Positions 27,149 to 42,446 are shown, counted from the first letter of the stretch. The stretch is DNA of 64,000 nucleotides from Eledone cirrhosa (GCA_964016885.1 OZ024743.1:68944001-69008000); one strand, 5' to 3'. Made by a program: numbers and translations. The notes: generated by a model from the letters alone, not told the origin.

Positions 27149-27629
27149 TCAGTATCGCTACCGCCGCTATTCTCTCCCACTGCCTCCTACTAATTGCTGC
27201 TAGCACAGCACCACCACCACATTGTAGAATTCATACTAAAAGAGGACACCATCACTACAGTAATTGTTTCTACTTTAGGCACAAGGCCAGCAATTATCCA
27301 GTGCATTACTGGTACTTTATTTTATCGACCCCGTAAGGATGAAAGGCAAAGTTAACCTATTACTACAGTAATACTACCACATCACCACCACCACTGCCTC
27401 AATATCGCTACCGCCGCTATTTTCTCCCATTGCCTCCTGCTAATTGCTGCTAGCACAGCAACAACAACAAAAAGAAACGTAAAGAAAATTAGAATTAAGA
27501 GAGAGACAAACGGACGGACAGAGAAAGGAAGGGAAAAACTAAGTCAGACATTCGAACACTACATTACAATGAAACTTATGCTTATTCATTTTTGTTTTTT
27601 TTTCTGTCTGTTTGTTTGTTTGTTTATTT

Positions 27630-30600
27630 GTGTTCGTCTACAGCGTGATAATGCGACACAAGAGCCACGTGGAGCGACGCAACCACCGGAGACGGTGAAT
27701 CCACCGGTGGTTATGGAACCATACATTCGCCAATCCACGATAAGACTGTTTAAATGTCGAACCTAAACAGGTCGAATAACGGTGAAATGGAGACTAGAAC
27801 GTCATGTGACAGACTCTCACCCAACAGGTGCTCCCTGGCTCAGCAGCAGGGACCTGGCTGTCAACCAAATACTGCTGGTATCGGAGGAAGAGGAAGAAGG
27901 ACAGGGACCAGAACCAACTGGACGAAAGAATTGAATAGAACTGTTATGCAATGTTACCTGAAGAGTAACCCAAGGAGAGGGGCAATAGGAAACGGATGCA
28001 TAACATCTGGAACGAGATTGGTCTATTTAAATTAGATGAACAAAAATTGGCCGGGCAGGCCCGGGTAATAAGAACTAATGGGTGGATAAGCGAGCTGGAA
28101 CTGGAGGAACTGAGCAGAGAGATTAGCTTGGAGATGGAGGGTGGAGTATGCCAGGCAAACGAGCCAGTGGGAAATGAAGGTGAAGAGGTCGAGAGAACGG
28201 AGGAACCACCCGAAGCAGACAATGATCTGAATACTGAGATAAATAATACCTGGAACAGAGATACGGGCACTGAGGAGATTAATGCTGACGGGCTAGGACA
28301 AGATTTGGTTGACATCCTAAATTTAGTGGTAGATGAATTGAACAATGATAGTGGGAGACCTATGAACCTAAGATTTGTAGACAGGAAAAAGTTAAAAGAC
28401 ACAATAGCTAAGGTAAACAAAGTCATCCCATACCTTGAGGCGAGGAGCCTTCACCAGTGCAATAATATCCTCAAAGCAACAGTAAATACGGTGAGGAAAC
28501 TACTTGGTATAAAAGCGAGAGGAAACAACAGACAAGAAAGAGCAGAGCCTTGGTGGAAGAAACGACTGAGTGGTCAAATCAGGGAAATGAGAAATGACAT
28601 TGGAAAGCTTGAGTCCCTACTGAATGGGACACTAAAAAACATAGACACTAAAGATAGACTGGAAATAAAGTACAAAACTAGGAGGAAAAAGCTAAATATT
28701 ATCATAGAGGAACTGAAGCAACGCATTGTAGCAAAGAGTGCAAAAATCAGGCGATACGAGAACAGAGTCAGTCAGTATAAATAGAACCGCATGTTCGACA
28801 ACAACCAGAAGATGCTGTTTGGACAGCTTGAGGGTAAAGAAAGAGGCAACGACTTGATCCCTGAGGCGGAACAAACTAAAACATTCTGGAGAGGAATATG
28901 GGAGCAGGATGTTAGACATAATGACCAGGCAGTGTGGATTGAGACAGTACAGAAGGAGATCGGTGAACAGGCACACCAACAAACTGATTTGAGTATCACA
29001 GTTGAAACTCTTAATGGGCAGGCCAAAAAACTAACCAACTGGAAATCACCAGGCCCAGATGGTGTGCAGGGGTATTGGATTAAAAATATAACATCCCTCC
29101 ACCCGAAACTGACAACCATGTTCAATGACTGCTTGATGTCAGGTGAGGTACCAGAGTGGTTGACAAAAGGTACCACAGTTCTGATAATGAAAGACCGAAT
29201 AAAGGGTAATGATGTTACCAACTATAGACCTATCACATGCCTGTCCGTAATGTGGAAACTGTTGACAACCATTGTGTCTGAGGAAATCTACCATCACCTC
29301 CACACAAACAACTTGTTACCGGACGAACAGAAAGGATGCCGAAAGAAGTCACGTGGTACAAAGGACCAGTTACTTATTGATAAGATGGTAATGGGGAATT
29401 GCATGAGGAGACACACTGATCTTGCCATGGCATGGATAGACTACAGAAAGGCATTTGACATGGTGCCTCATTCTTGGATCACCAAAAGCCTGGAGATCTT
29501 CAAGGTGGCAGATAACATCAGACAGGTGTTGAGCAAAAGTATGAGGTCCTGGGAAACAGAGTTGACATCAACTGGAGAATCCTTGGGAAGCGTTAAGATC
29601 AAGAGAGGTATATTACAGGGAGATAGCCTGTCCCCTCTGTTGTTTGTCCTTGCCCTGATGCCCCTGACCAGTGTACTGCGAAAAGTGAGCGCAGGATACA
29701 GGTTGGGAAAGGGAGGGCTTACCATCAATCACCTCCTCTTCATGGACGATCTTAAGCTCTTCGGGAAGAGTGAGAAGGAGTTGGATGTGCTTGTTGACAC
29801 TGTCCGTATTTTCAGCAGTGATATATGTATGCAGTTTGGTATTAGTAAGTGAGGAGTCATTGTGATGAGGGGGGGTAGGTTGAGCAGAAGTAACGGAATC
29901 CAGATACCAACAGGGGAGATGATAAAGGAAATTGACTCTGAGGAAGGATACAAGTATTTGGGCGTTCTGGATTTGATGGCATAAAGAACAAAAAAATGAA
30001 GGAATTGTTAAGAACTGAATACATTCGGAGAGTAAGGAGCGTATTGAAGTCACATCTGAACAGCAGAAATGCCATAAGCGCAGTAAATTCCCGAGCTGTG
30101 TCTATTATTAGGTACAGTGCGGGAATTCTGAGATGGAATGTTGCTGAACAAAAAGAAATGGATAGGAAGACTAGGAAGCTATTAACTATCTACAACATGT
30201 TCCACAAGAGGAGTGATGTCGATAGACTCTACTTAAGGAGATCTGAGGGTGGAAGAGGTCTTATCAGCATAGAGGACTGTGTTCAGATGGAGAAAAACAA
30301 CCTACACAAATACGTGACTGATAGTAAGGAGCCAATGCTCAGAACTGTACTGAAGGAGGGGACAATAGGCCAAGGGATGTCCAAGGAGGAAATAAGATCA
30401 AGGAGAAAGAGCAGCCTTCAGGAAAAATCCATTCATAGTACCTTCTTTGAGAAAACTGAATTTAGAGATCCACAGACATGGAACTGGCTGAGAAGAGGAG
30501 ACCTTAAAAAGGCTACAGAATGAATGTTAATGGCTGCGCAGGAGCAGGCCCTCAAAACGAAGTGGTTGAAACACCGTATTTACAAGGAGGAGGCTAGCCC

Positions 30601-31260
30601 ACTGTGCAGGATCTGTGGAGAGAGAGAGGAGACTGTGGCTCACATTGTATCCGAGTGTAAACACCTAGCCCGGACCCACTATAAAGGCTGGAGACATGAT
30701 GTGATGGGCAGGGTGATCCACTGGCACCTGTGCAAAGTAAACAATTTACCACATTCTGAGAAATGGTATGAGCATAGGCTAGAGGCGGTGATAGAGAACG
30801 ATCAGGTGAAGGTGCTGTGGGATTTTAGGATACAGACGGACAAGAAACTGGAACACAATAGACCTGACCTGGTGGTTGTGGACAAAGAAAAAAGATCGTG
30901 CCTGATTGTGGATGTGGCCTGCCCATTCGACACGAGAGTGCAAGAGAAGGAGAGGGAGAAAATTAACCGATACCAGGACTTAAATTGGGAGGTAAAAAGG
31001 ATTTGGAACTGCCATGAAGTCAAAGTGATCCCGATTGTCATAGGCGCACTGGGGACTATCTCCAAAAGTTTCCAGGGATGGTTAAAGAAAATCGGCCCCT
31101 TCACGCTTTTTGGAACGCTTCAAAAGGCATGCTTGTTGGGAACAGCAAGAACCCTCCGATACGTCCTGAATATCTGAGGCTTCAGGTAGTGGCTTGATAT
31201 TCATTCCAACGGACTTTCCAGTTATCTAACATCATTGACTGAGACTCAAGGAGTAATAAC

Positions 31261-31298
<38 letters not shown>
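27630..31298 (+). mobile_element. Near full-length R4/Dong-type LINE with (TAA)n tail
   Basis: Single disrupted ORF 27754-31177: KSPGPDG, NYRPITC, DYRKAFD, GILQGDSLSP, LFMDDLKL, CRICGEREETVAHIVSEC, RPDL..DVACP..K. Confidence 0.95.
27754..31177 (+). pseudogene. RT + RLE polyprotein with premature stops and frameshifts
   Basis: ORF pieces 27754-28035, 27996-28784, 28791-29852, 29996-30523, 30524-31177. Confidence 0.9.
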
Positions 31299-31301
<3 letters not shown>

Positions 31302-31586
31302 TTTCTTTATTGGCCACAAGGGCTGACATCAAGAAAAACATCACAGACAGAACAGGACGGTACGATGTGGGTTTTGTGCGTGTAAATATTTTTATTATTT
31401 ATATAAGAAAAGAAAAGAGATAAAACATATATATATATAAACATTAAAATGAAAATTGAAACAATGAAAAATTCCCCAATAGGGGGGAAACCTCCGAGGG
31501 TTACTCGTGGCGAAAACCACACAAAAGACCACGGCCACCCTGACTACCAGGGCAAGCGCCCTCTCTCAATTTTTCTATCTCTCAAA

Positions 31587-34500
31587 CTACAGACGTATAT
31601 TCAGAGTGGTCCCATTCACTCGGACCATTCTCGCTACATTCACCCACCTTTCAACAAACTTGCTAGAAAGCAGCACTTGCCTCTCCACCCTGATTTTCGT
31701 CTTCAAGTGAAACTTGAAAAAGTTAATTAGGGATTCGCCGAAGAGGAAAGTGTTTGTCTTTAATCCTTTTAACCTTGGCCACCACACAATCTCTTTCGCC
31801 ATGGCCACCAGGCAGATGAAAACAGCCTGTCCTTCCTCCTCAAAGGAAGACGGCGAGACCATCTGCACAATTGACTCAGTCGACAACCGGATCAGTCCCA
31901 CATGTGACAGCAACTGTTTGACATAGCTCCACAAGTCAGCAATGCTCGGGCACTGAACGAGTGCGTACACAACGGTTTCGTCGCTATGCGCGCATCTCGG
32001 ACAGGCTCGGCTGACGGCACTTCCGTGCCTGTAGAGCTTATCTCGAACCGGCAGCGCTCCCCGGTAGCACTGTCAGGCCAGGGATTTTTAGAAGTTATCC
32101 ATAGGCCCCGGGCTGAAAGTTCTCCGAAAGAGATCAAGCAGCTGATATTCTTCGACGCCCAGGATCTCTCCGAGAACGTCGTCGTTCTTCCCCTCCACTA
32201 CTCCTCTATAGAACGCCGAGGTGGATGTTCCACCGATACTGGTGCCCAACTGGGAGAGGGCAGTGAGCGCCTGGAGACATTCCAGTTTCCAGGCGCTATC
32301 CCTCGGTCTTTTTCTGACCCAGGACTGCAGCTCCGTCAAGGAGACGAGATTTGGGAAAATGTGCCTGGCGAACGGCGACCACACCCGTTCACCATCAAGG
32401 AAGCACCAGAGATGTCGCAGCCTCAGCGCATGTTTGCGTATCATCAGCCATGGCATGCCCAGTCCTCCACGCAATGGGTGTTGACAGCAGATGGATCGTC
32501 TGACCATGGGAGCGCGTCCCTTTCACAAAAAGCGGAAGAGGAGGCGCTCCATTTTGGTGAGAGTTGGGCTGGAGAAAGGGACGACGGTGAGGCGGTAGCA
32601 GATGACGGATGCGATGTACGCATTCTCCACTTCCGCCCGGCCTTTCAGGGACAGCTTCCTCTCAGTCCATTTCTGGGTGAGGGAGGCTACCCTGCTCGTC
32701 ATCTCGTTCCAGTTTTTCCCCATCTGGAGGTCCGGTCCGCACCAGACCCCGAGCAATTTAACCGATCCGTCCGTCCAACGCCCCACGACGCTGTCGGACG
32801 GCATGGACTTGCATCTCCAGGTGCCTAGCTGCAAGCCCACCGACTTTTCCTGGTTTATCTTTGCTCCTGTCACCGTTTCGTATTCCTTGAGAGCGGTGCC
32901 GAGCATCTGGACGTGTCTGGTGCTCGACACCACCACGGTGACGTCGTCAGCGTAAGCCGACTCGGATTTCTTGCAGCCTAGTTCGCGTGGAACGCCCCTC
33001 ATCGCCCCCAGTTTGTGCAGTAACGGCTTGAGTGCCAATACGTACAAGAGGGACGAGAGGGGACAACCCTGGCGGACTGTGCGCATGATGCTGAACGGCT
33101 GCGACAGGTGACCGTTCACCCTCACAACTGAGCAGATGTCGCTGTACATTGCTGCAATCCAACGCTTGAAAACGGGCCCGAAACCGGCTGCCTCGATGAC
33201 CGCCGCCAGGTACAGTTGGTCGAACCTATCGAATGCTTTGGATTGATCCAAGTTGATCAGGGCCCCACCCTTGTCAGGTTCCTTAACCACCCTCTCTATG
33301 ATATATCGCATGAGGTGGAGGTTGTCGTGTATGGATCTGTCCGGGATGGCGTATGTCTGCGCCTCTCCCACCAGACCCTTGACAAGCGCCAACCTCGTTG
33401 CTAACACCTTGGCCAAAATCTTCAACTCTGCGTTTAGCAGAGTTATGGGCCTGAAATTATCAATAACATCCCCCTTGTTCGGGTCTTTTCTCAGGAGCGC
33501 TACTGCTCCCCGGCTAACAAAACTGGGAATGCTCCAGTTCTGCTGCCAGTTGCAGTAGACGTCTGCCAAGAGGTCACCGAACAAGTCTGGCATAAATGCA
33601 TAAAGCTCGTAGGGCAGACCATCTAAACCTGGCGATTTACCTCTTGTGCAGTTAGCCATCGCTTCCCGTTTTTCACCGGCTGTTATTGGCTTTTCGCAAC
33701 GCTGTGCTGCGGTCGTCGAGAGCCGAGGCAGTCTGTCGAGGTATGCACTGAAGTCCATGTCCCGATCCGGGCCGCCGCCGCTCCCCAACAGTTCAGCAAA
33801 GTGCTGCTGAAAAGCTTCACACATCCGCTCGGGTTCGAGCATCACGCACCCGTTTTGGTCAGACAAAGATCGAATTGTGGCTTTGTTGCCACGTCGCGCC
33901 TCTGCCACGCGAGCCCATTGGACGGCTTTTGTCCCCTCGTGTATTAGGGCACGCGCTCTAGCTCTGACAACGCAGCCTTCGTGTTTTGGGTTGAAGAATT
34001 GGTCGAGTGCCAATCTCGCCGCAAGCACGTCGGTTGCGATGCTTGTCCTAAACGCCTCTTCTAGCTTTCTGACTAGCTCTCCCTCTACTCTATTTTCCTC
34101 TATCACTACTCCTTTGCTAAACCTAATCGACTCTACTTTAATTGCCCTTTTCAGGGCGAACCACCACCTGTTGTTGACGACCGCTCCCGTCAACGCCCGC
34201 TTAACTAATACGCTAATCCGGTCTCTGTAGGCCTTGCGTGCCTGGAAAGAGGCGTTCAGCTTCCAGTAACCAGGCCCTTGTCTATGAAGTCTGTCTATGT
34301 CGATCTCACAGATCACAAATTTGTGGTCTGTGTAGTCGACTATTTTAAATTGTGGACAACTTATACTAGCCTTATCTAGTTCCCTGCAGAATACCCTATC
34401 TAGATACGATCTGGATGACCCGATGCGGTTTGTCCATGTCCACATTGGCACATTCGGGTGATACAGTCGATACCTGTCAGACAGTTCAAAACGTCTGAGC

Positions 34501-35003
34501 AGGTCGGTGAGGCTCTTGCACCCTCCTCCTCTATCCACTAGCCCCACACGATCCCAGCGTGCATCCAAGTTACCGTTCCAGTGGCCTACTGACACTAAAG
34601 AGCGGGACGTTCCAAGAAAGGTCTCTAGACGTCTGAAGAAATCTGGCCGTCCTGCCCCTGTTGGGGCGTAGACGGCTACTAGCCTGAAAGCATTGTCTTC
34701 GCTGCCGGTCACGTCCAGCACCACCGACTTACCTTCTGGGTCCAGGAAGATGGCCCGTATCGCGAGATCCAAGCCTCTCCGAAAAAGGATGGCAACCCCT
34801 CCCCCCGATCCTGGATGGCTGGGAGATGCGCATACATCGTAGCCGCCGAAGATCGGTGCGAAGGCCCGTGCCTCGGAGATTCTGGTTTCACTGATGGCCA
34901 CCACATCTATGTTTAGTGACCTGAGGTCATTGAGCAGGTGATCCTGCTTCCAAGATGACCCCAGGCCACGTGCATTTATACTGCCTATTCTGAGTACAGC
35001 CAT
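31587..35003 (-). pseudogene. Tx1 ORF2: AP endonuclease-reverse transcriptase (frameshifted C-terminus)
   Basis: SINARGL, ISET, SYLDRV, TDH, GYWKLN, KSPGLDG, NFRPITLLN, DQSKAFD, RQGCPLS, AYADD, GGLGMP. Confidence 0.92.
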
Positions 35004-35035
35004 GTTGGATGAGAAACGGGGCAAATGAAAAAGGG

Positions 35036-37093
35036 TCACTTACCTTGTTCGTGTGGTGAAGGGACAATAGAACCGTCCCTTTCGCTGGTCAAGGGTGTTT
35101 CCAAGAGGATGTCAGTGTATATCCTCTTGGTAACCGTCCCTCTGAAGTCTCCAACTGCGTTGGGGAATTTTTGTTTTAAAGGTTTGTATTGTTCTAATGA
35201 GATTTCGATGATGCTTATGTTTGTCGGGAGAGTTCTTGGTGTTGGTGGGGTGTAGTCATTTTTTCCGTGATGTCTGTGTGGTGCTTTATATATTTTATGA
35301 GTTCTTTTTTTGCTATGTTTATGGCTGTGTACTTTTTGGAGGGAGGGGGGATTTTGTGATGCCGTTTTCTTCTTGTTGCTGTTTGCTTTGTGTGTCTTGT
35401 TGTGTTTGCGTTGTTGGTGTTTGTGGTGGTGTTGCTGCAAGTTTCCTTGCTGCCTTTACCCCTCATTGTATGCCTTCGCTTTTGGGGGGTGAATCTAAGG
35501 GTTTTTTTTGTTTTTTGTTTTTTGTGGCAGACAGTTTGCCACGTCACTCCCGCCTCAAACTCCATGTCGGATTCTGTGGCGTCTGGGAGGGGTATGTGCT
35601 CCACGGCTGTTGGTAGTGGTAGTGGAGCTCTCTTCGGCAATGTTGTTGCTGGTGTAGCTATTTCAAATGTAGCTATTGGTGTTGCCGCTACTGATGATGC
35701 TGCTTTAGTTATCCGTGGCCTTGGTACGGGTGCTACGGACGTTGCCCTCCTACTCACCGTGGAAGGGGCTTCTTCGTTTGTTGCCTCTCCTGCTCTTGGT
35801 AGCAGCGGACCAGGTATTGGAAGGAGAGGGGCCCTCTTCGGTGTTTTCTGCGGACAAAAGGCCCTGAGGTGACCTTTCGACCCACAGAGATAACATTTTG
35901 GCCGTCTTCCTTCTACACTTATAGGGAGTTGGAGTCCTTCCTCAAAGTCTATGATATCGGGGATAGCCTCGATACATTCCTGGTCAGTTTTTATAAGAAT
36001 TTGCATGCCTATACCTGACCAGTTCTCTCTCCCTATTTTTTCTACTTGCAGCATGGTCGCCCTGTTCTCAATTTCAGCAAGCACAGACGTGGCCATCCAA
36101 GGTATGGGCACGTCGGGTGGGACCTGGGTCACTTTGACCCTCACAATTTTCTGCCCGCAGTAGGAGGGCACCAAGACTAACTCCTCACTCTTTAGCGTTT
36201 CCAAAGAGTGAGACTTTGCTTCCTGGGGGATGGCGAAAAGTACGTCTACTGTGGCGTACTTTCTTCCTTGGGTGATGTGGGTTTTGCGTGCCCAGACGCA
36301 CCCCAAGGCCTTTTGGATTTGAGCCTCCGTGGCTCTCTCCACTCGATGTGAGATTTTGCTTACGGTGCGGTAAATCACCATCCGTAGCTGCTGGTCCTTG
36401 AAAATATCGGGTGGAGGTTTCAGGGAAACTCTATTTGCGCTTCTTGTCACCATGGCCCTTGCGACTGCCATCTCCTCCTCTGTGACTAACACTGTCTCGA
36501 TATTTCGGGCGACACCTGCAAAAGAAGTGGTCCCTTTTTCAGCAGCACCACTATTGCTGCCGCTACTGGTCTTACTATTACTGAGGTCGCTATTACAGGT
36601 ATCGGTGTCATTGTTGTTCTTTTCGCTGGTACAGATGTTGGTGTTGTTTTCGTTGATACTGTTACTGCTGTTACTGTTATTGTGGCTGTTGTTATTATTG
36701 TTGTTTTTTGTTGATAGTATTCCTCCTACTATTATTGTTGTTGTGGCTGTTGTTATTGTCATTGTTATTGTCGTTCTCGACCTTACCGCTGTTATTTTTG
36801 TTATTGTCGTTCTCGACCTTACCGCTGTTATTTTTGTTACTGTCGTTCTCGACTTTACCGCTGTTATTTTTGGTGTTGTTGTTGGTGATATTGTTGGTGT
36901 TATTTTTGGTGTTGTTTGTGTTAAAAATATTTGTTAATTTTAAGTCTGTAACAATCTTTTTTTCCTTTGTAATATTTTCGTTTATATTTACCTCCGCTGG
37001 ACGCTGGAACTCTGTCTTGTTGACATGCTGATAAAGTCTCCCTCTCTCTGTGTTGTCTGACAGCGCTCTCTCTCTCTTTTTTGTGTTATCCAT
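35036..37093 (-). pseudogene. Tx1 ORF1 (Asn-rich N-terminus, CYLCGSKGHLRAFC zinc knuckle), frameshifted
   Basis: ORF pieces 36695-37108, 35215-36762, 35036-35440; three 36-bp NNSGKVEND repeats. Confidence 0.85.
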
Positions 37094-37326
37094 GTTGAAA
37101 TTTTTCAAAAAATATTTTTACACAAATACGAATACGACACCCCGTAAAGGGGTGCCGTATTATTTACTAGTGAACCCCTGTATTAGGTGGGTCACTTCTA
37201 AACTTTTATCAAATTTAAAACTTGAATAAAAGATTTAGAACGGTTGAAAAAGAGGTAAAACTTTGAAAAAGACTGGAGGCGATAAGAAGCGTGGCTTCAC
37301 CAACCAATAATAATAATAATAATAAT

Positions 37327-40300
37327 GTTTTCTTTATTAACCACAAGGGTTTACATAAAGTAGACATTAAAGACAGTACAGGAAACTACAGGACGGTACA
37401 AATGGGTATTTCTGCGTGTAAAAAAACAGAGGATGTAATAAAATAACAAAGAAAACTTCCCCAATAGGGGGGAGACTTCGGAGGGACATTTGTGGAGAAA
37501 GCCCAGTAAAACGCCACAATGACCCCGACCACCAAGGCAAGTGCCCTCTCCCAGTTTTCCACCTTTAATTTACAGATACGTACTCAGAGTAGGCCCATTC
37601 ACTCGGGCCATTCTTGCTTCTCTCACCCATCTTTCAACAAAATGCTGGGAAGAGAGCACTTCCCTCTCTACCCTGATTTCCCTTTTCAAATGAAATTTGA
37701 AAAAGTTAATCAGGGCATCACCGAAGAAGTAAGTGCTCGTCTTCAGCTCTTTCAAACATGTCGACCATACTATCTCTTTCGTCATGGCCACCAGACAGTT
37801 AAAAACTGCCTGCCCTTCCCGGCTAAAAGAAGAGGGCGGCGCAATCCTCACGATGGACTCAGATGATAGCCGGATCCGCCCTACACGCGTCAGCAATTTT
37901 CGGACATTGGACGAGTGCGTGCACGACGGTTTCGTCGCCCTGCGCGCATCTCGGACATTCCCGGTGACGGCACCTCCATGCCTGTAGAGTTTATCCCGAA
38001 CTGCCAAGGCTCTTCGGTAGAACTACCAGGCCAGAGATTTCTGGAAGTTGTCCATAGGTCCCGGTCCGAAAGTTCTTCCGAAGAGATTGGCTAGTTGATT
38101 TTCGTCGACGCCTAGAGTTTCCCCAAGTACGCCGTCGCTCTTCCCCTCCACTAATCCTCTATAGAACGCCGAGGTGGAGTTTCCACCGATCACATTGCTC
38201 GATTGGTCGAGGGCTGTGAGCGCCTGAAGACATTCCAGTCTCCAGGCGCTCCCTCTCGGTCTTCGCTTGACCCAGGACTGCAGCTCCGTCAAGCAAACGA
38301 GCTGGGGAAATACGTGTCTAGCAAACGGCGACCGCACCTGATGACCGTCGAGGAGGAATGGATATGTCGTAGCCTGAGCGCGTATCTGCGCATCATCAGC
38401 CACGGCATGCCCAGCCCTCCACGTAGCGGGTGTTGACAGCAGATGGACCACCTGAACATCGGAGCGCGTCCCTTCCACAAAAAGCGAAAGAGCAACGCTC
38501 CAGCGCAGTCAGGCGGAGCTTACGACAAGGTACGACGGTCAGGCGGTAGTAGATGACGGACGCGATGTACGCGTTAGCCACCTCCGCTCGACCTTTCAGG
38601 GATAGCTTCCTCTCCCCCCATTTCTGGGTGAGAGAAGCCACCCTGCTCGTCACCTCGTCCCAGTTTTTATCCGTCTGGAGGTCCGGACCGAACCAGACCC
38701 CTAGTAATTTAACTGGTCCGTCCGTCCAGCGTCCGACGACGCTGTTGGACGACATGAACCTGCCTCTCCAGGTGCCGAGCTGCAGGCCCACAGACTTTTC
38801 CTGGTTGATCATTGCTCCTGTCACCGCTTCGTATTCTCTTAGTGTAGTGCCGATCACCTCGTTGTGTTTGGCGTTCGACGCCACTACGGTGACATCGTCC
38901 GCATATGCTGACACGGATCTTCCGCATCCTAATTCGCGCAGGACGCCCCTCAACGTCTCTAGTTTGTGCAGTAATGGCTCGAGAGTCAATACGCACAAGA
39001 GGGACGAGAGGGGACATCCTTGGCGGACCAAGCGCATGATGTTGAACGGTTCCGAAAGGTGACCGTTCACTCTCACCACAAAGCAGATGTCGATGTGCAG
39101 GGCAGCCATCCAGCCTCTGAAGACGGGCCCAAAGGCAGCCGCCCGCAGGACTGCCGCTAGGTAACGAAGGTCGACCCTATCGAAAGCTTTCGACTGATCT
39201 AAATTGATCAAGGACCCACCCGTGCCAGGTACCCTAGCTACCCTCTCTACGATGTATCGCATGAGGTGGAGGTTGTCGTGGATGGATCGGTCGGGAATGG
39301 CGCATGTCTGCGCCTCTTCCACCAGACCACCAACGACAAGCGCCAACCTCTTTTCTAGCACCTTGGCCAAAATCTTGAACTCTGCGTTTAGCAGTTATGG
39401 GCCTGAAATTATCTATGTTATCCCCCTTTTTCGGATCCTTTCTCAGCAGTGCCACCGCTCCTCGGCTCACAGAGCTGGGTATTCTACCGTTCTGTTGCCA
39501 GTTGCAGTAGACGTCCGCCAAGAGGCCTGCGAACAAGTCTGGCATCTGTACGTAAAGTTCATAGGGCAGACCATCCAAATCAGGCGAATTACCCCTTGTG
39601 CAGCCAGTCATTGCCTCCCGTACTTCAGCGGCTTGTATCGGCTTTTCGCAACACTCCGCCTCAGTGGCCGAGAGCCGCGGCAGTCCGTCGAGGTAGACAC
39701 TAAAGTCCATCCCTCGACCCGGCCCACCGCTGCCTCCGAACAGCTGAGCGAAGTGTCGCTGAAAAGCTTCACACATGTTCCCGGGATCGAGTAGCATGCG
39801 CCCGTCGTGGTCCACCAAAGACCGGATCGTGGCTTTGTTGCCACGACGCGCCTCCGCCACTCGGGCCCATTGAACGGCTTTTGATCCCTCGTGTCTGAGA
39901 GCACGCACCCTAGCTCTGACAACGCAGTCTTCGTGCTTTGCATTGAAGAATTGGTCAAAGGCCAATTTCGCCGCAAGCACGTCGGTCGCGATGCCTTTGC
40001 TAAGCGCCTCGTCTAATTTTCTAACTAGTTCTCCCCCTGCTCTATTTTTCTCTATTGCTAAAGGCTTACTAAACATAATGGATTCTATTCTAATCGCTCT
40101 TTTCAGAGCAAACCACCACTTGTTGTTGACGATGGCCCCAGTCAACGGTCGCTTAACTAGTTCGCTAATCCGGTCTCTGTAGGCCTTGCGCGCTGGTAAG
40201 GAGGCGTTTAGCTTGCAGTAGCTGGGTCCTTGTCTATGAAGCCTATCTAAGTCAAGCACACACATTACGAATTTGTGGTCTGTGTAACTGACTATCTTAA

Positions 40301-42383
40301 ATTGTGGACAGCTTATGCTAGACCTATCTATTTCCCTACAAAATACTCTATCTAGATGATCTGGATGACCCTATGCGATTTGTCCAAGTCCACATTGGCA
40401 CATTCGGGAAATCAAATCGGTACCTGTCAGACAGTTCAAAACGCCTGAGCAGATTGGTGAGGCTCTTGCACCCTCCACCCCTATCCGCTAATCCCACACA
40501 GTGCCAGCGTGCATCTAAGATCCGGTTCCAGTCGCCCACTAACACTAAAGAGCAGGACGTTCCAAGAAAGGTCTGCAGACGCCGGAAGAAATCAGCCCGC
40601 CCAGCTCCTGTCGGGGCATAGACGGCCACTAGCCTGAAAGCTTGCCCGTATCCGCTGGTCACGTCCAGCACCAACAACTTACCCTCTGGGTCCAGGAAGA
40701 TGGCCCGTATGGCGAGATCCAAACCTCTCCGAAAAAGCACAGCAACTACTCCCCCCCCCCCGATCCAGGATGGCTGGGAGATGCGTACACATCGTAGCCG
40801 CCGATGATCGGTGCGAAGGCCCGTGCTTCGGAGATTCTGGTCTCGCTGATGGCCACTACATCTATGTTTAGTGACCTGAGGTCGTTGAGCAGGTGACCCA
40901 GCTTCCATGACGACCCCAAGCCACGCGCATTTATGCTGCCTATTCTGAGTGAGGTCATGTTTAAAATAGAGTGGAAAAGATGGGAAAGACTACTTACCGA
41001 ACTTTTCGTAGAGGAAGGATGGTTTTTCCATCCCTTTTCAGTTGATCGTCCCTTCGGCTGGTCGTCGGCTCTTCTGTGAGTATATCCGAATATACTCTCC
41101 GGTCGAGTGTCCCTCCTAGGTCTCTTAAATCACCAACTGCGTTGGGGATTTTCATCTTTATGTTTGTGTATTGTTTCTGTGATTTTCTTACCAGTCTTAT
41201 GTTCGTTGGTGTTTTGATTGGTTCTGGTATTATGTAGTCGTGCTGTGAAATGTCTGTGTGTTCAGTTATGTAAATCATTAGTTTCTTGTTGTGTGTATTT
41301 ATTGCTGTGCATTTCTTTTGCTGGGGGTGGGGTATGGTTCTGCTATTTTCTTGGTGTTGTTGCTGGGTGTGTGTGTTTGCGATGTTGGTGCTTGTGGTGG
41401 TGGTGTTGAAGGTGTTGTTCTTGTTGGCGGTGGGGTTGTCGCCGGTGTCAATGGTGGTGCTAGTGTGGGTGGTGATGGTGTTGGTGGTGTTGCTGTTGTA
41501 AGTCTCTTTGCAGTAACATTTACCATTTTTTCATTTCTTCCCTCTATTTTCGAAGGCGACGATGCGCTGCTTCTGCGTTTGCCTTTTTGCGACCTTTATC
41601 ATCCCTCTCCCACCTCACACTCCATGTCCGATTATGTGAGACCGGGGAGGGGTACCAGCTCCACTCTTTCACTTGTTATTATTGGTGATGGTTGCAGTGG
41701 AGTCTCTGTTGCAGCTGCAGTTGGTATTACTGTTGCTGTTGTTAATACTTCCACTGCTGCTGCTGTTCTTCATTTTCGTGGCATAGGTATGGGTGCCACG
41801 GACCTATCCTTCCTACTTGCCGCCTGTCCTGTTGCTGGTAGCAGTGGAGTCGTTTTCGGAAGGAGGGGGTTTTCTTCTTTCTCAGGGTCTTCTCATTGCA
41901 GAAGGCTCCGAGTTGAGTCTTCGACCCACAGCGAAAGCATTTCGGGCGTTTGCCCTCAACACTTATGGGAAGCTGAGTGCAGTTATCGAAGTCTATCACA
42001 TCCTGTATAGCTTCGATGCACTCCTGGTTGGTTTGAATTAACTTCTCAATGGAGGCGCCGACCCAATCATATCGTACTTTTTTCTGTACTTGCAGTACGG
42101 TTGTTTTGTCCTCGATTCCGACGAGGACAGACGCGGCCAGCCAAGAAGGGGCCATCTCGGGGGGTACTTGGGTCAGTTTGACCCTCACAATTTTTTGCCC
42201 GCAGTGAGAGGGCACCAACCCCATTTCTTCGCTCCTTAGGGTCACTAAGGATTGAGCCTTTGCCTCCTGGGGTGTGGCAAAAAGCACGTCCACGGTGGCA
42301 TATTTCTTGCCTCTGGTAATATGCGTTTTCCGCTGCCAATAATACTGTTACTACTGTTACTACTACTGCTCCTGCTGCTGCTG

Positions 42384-42446
<63 letters not shown>

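Larger units (their letters stand above)
31299..37305 (-). mobile_element. Full-length Tx1-type (L1 group) LINE, copy A, flanked by (TAA)n
   Basis: ORF1 with CCHC knuckle, ORF2 with APE + RT; 3' end AATAAAGAAATC followed by (ATT)n. Confidence 0.92.

Noticed and set aside
31986-32828. 280-aa plus-strand ORF and similar ORFs inside the Tx1 copies
   Set aside because: Antisense shadows of GC-rich ORF2
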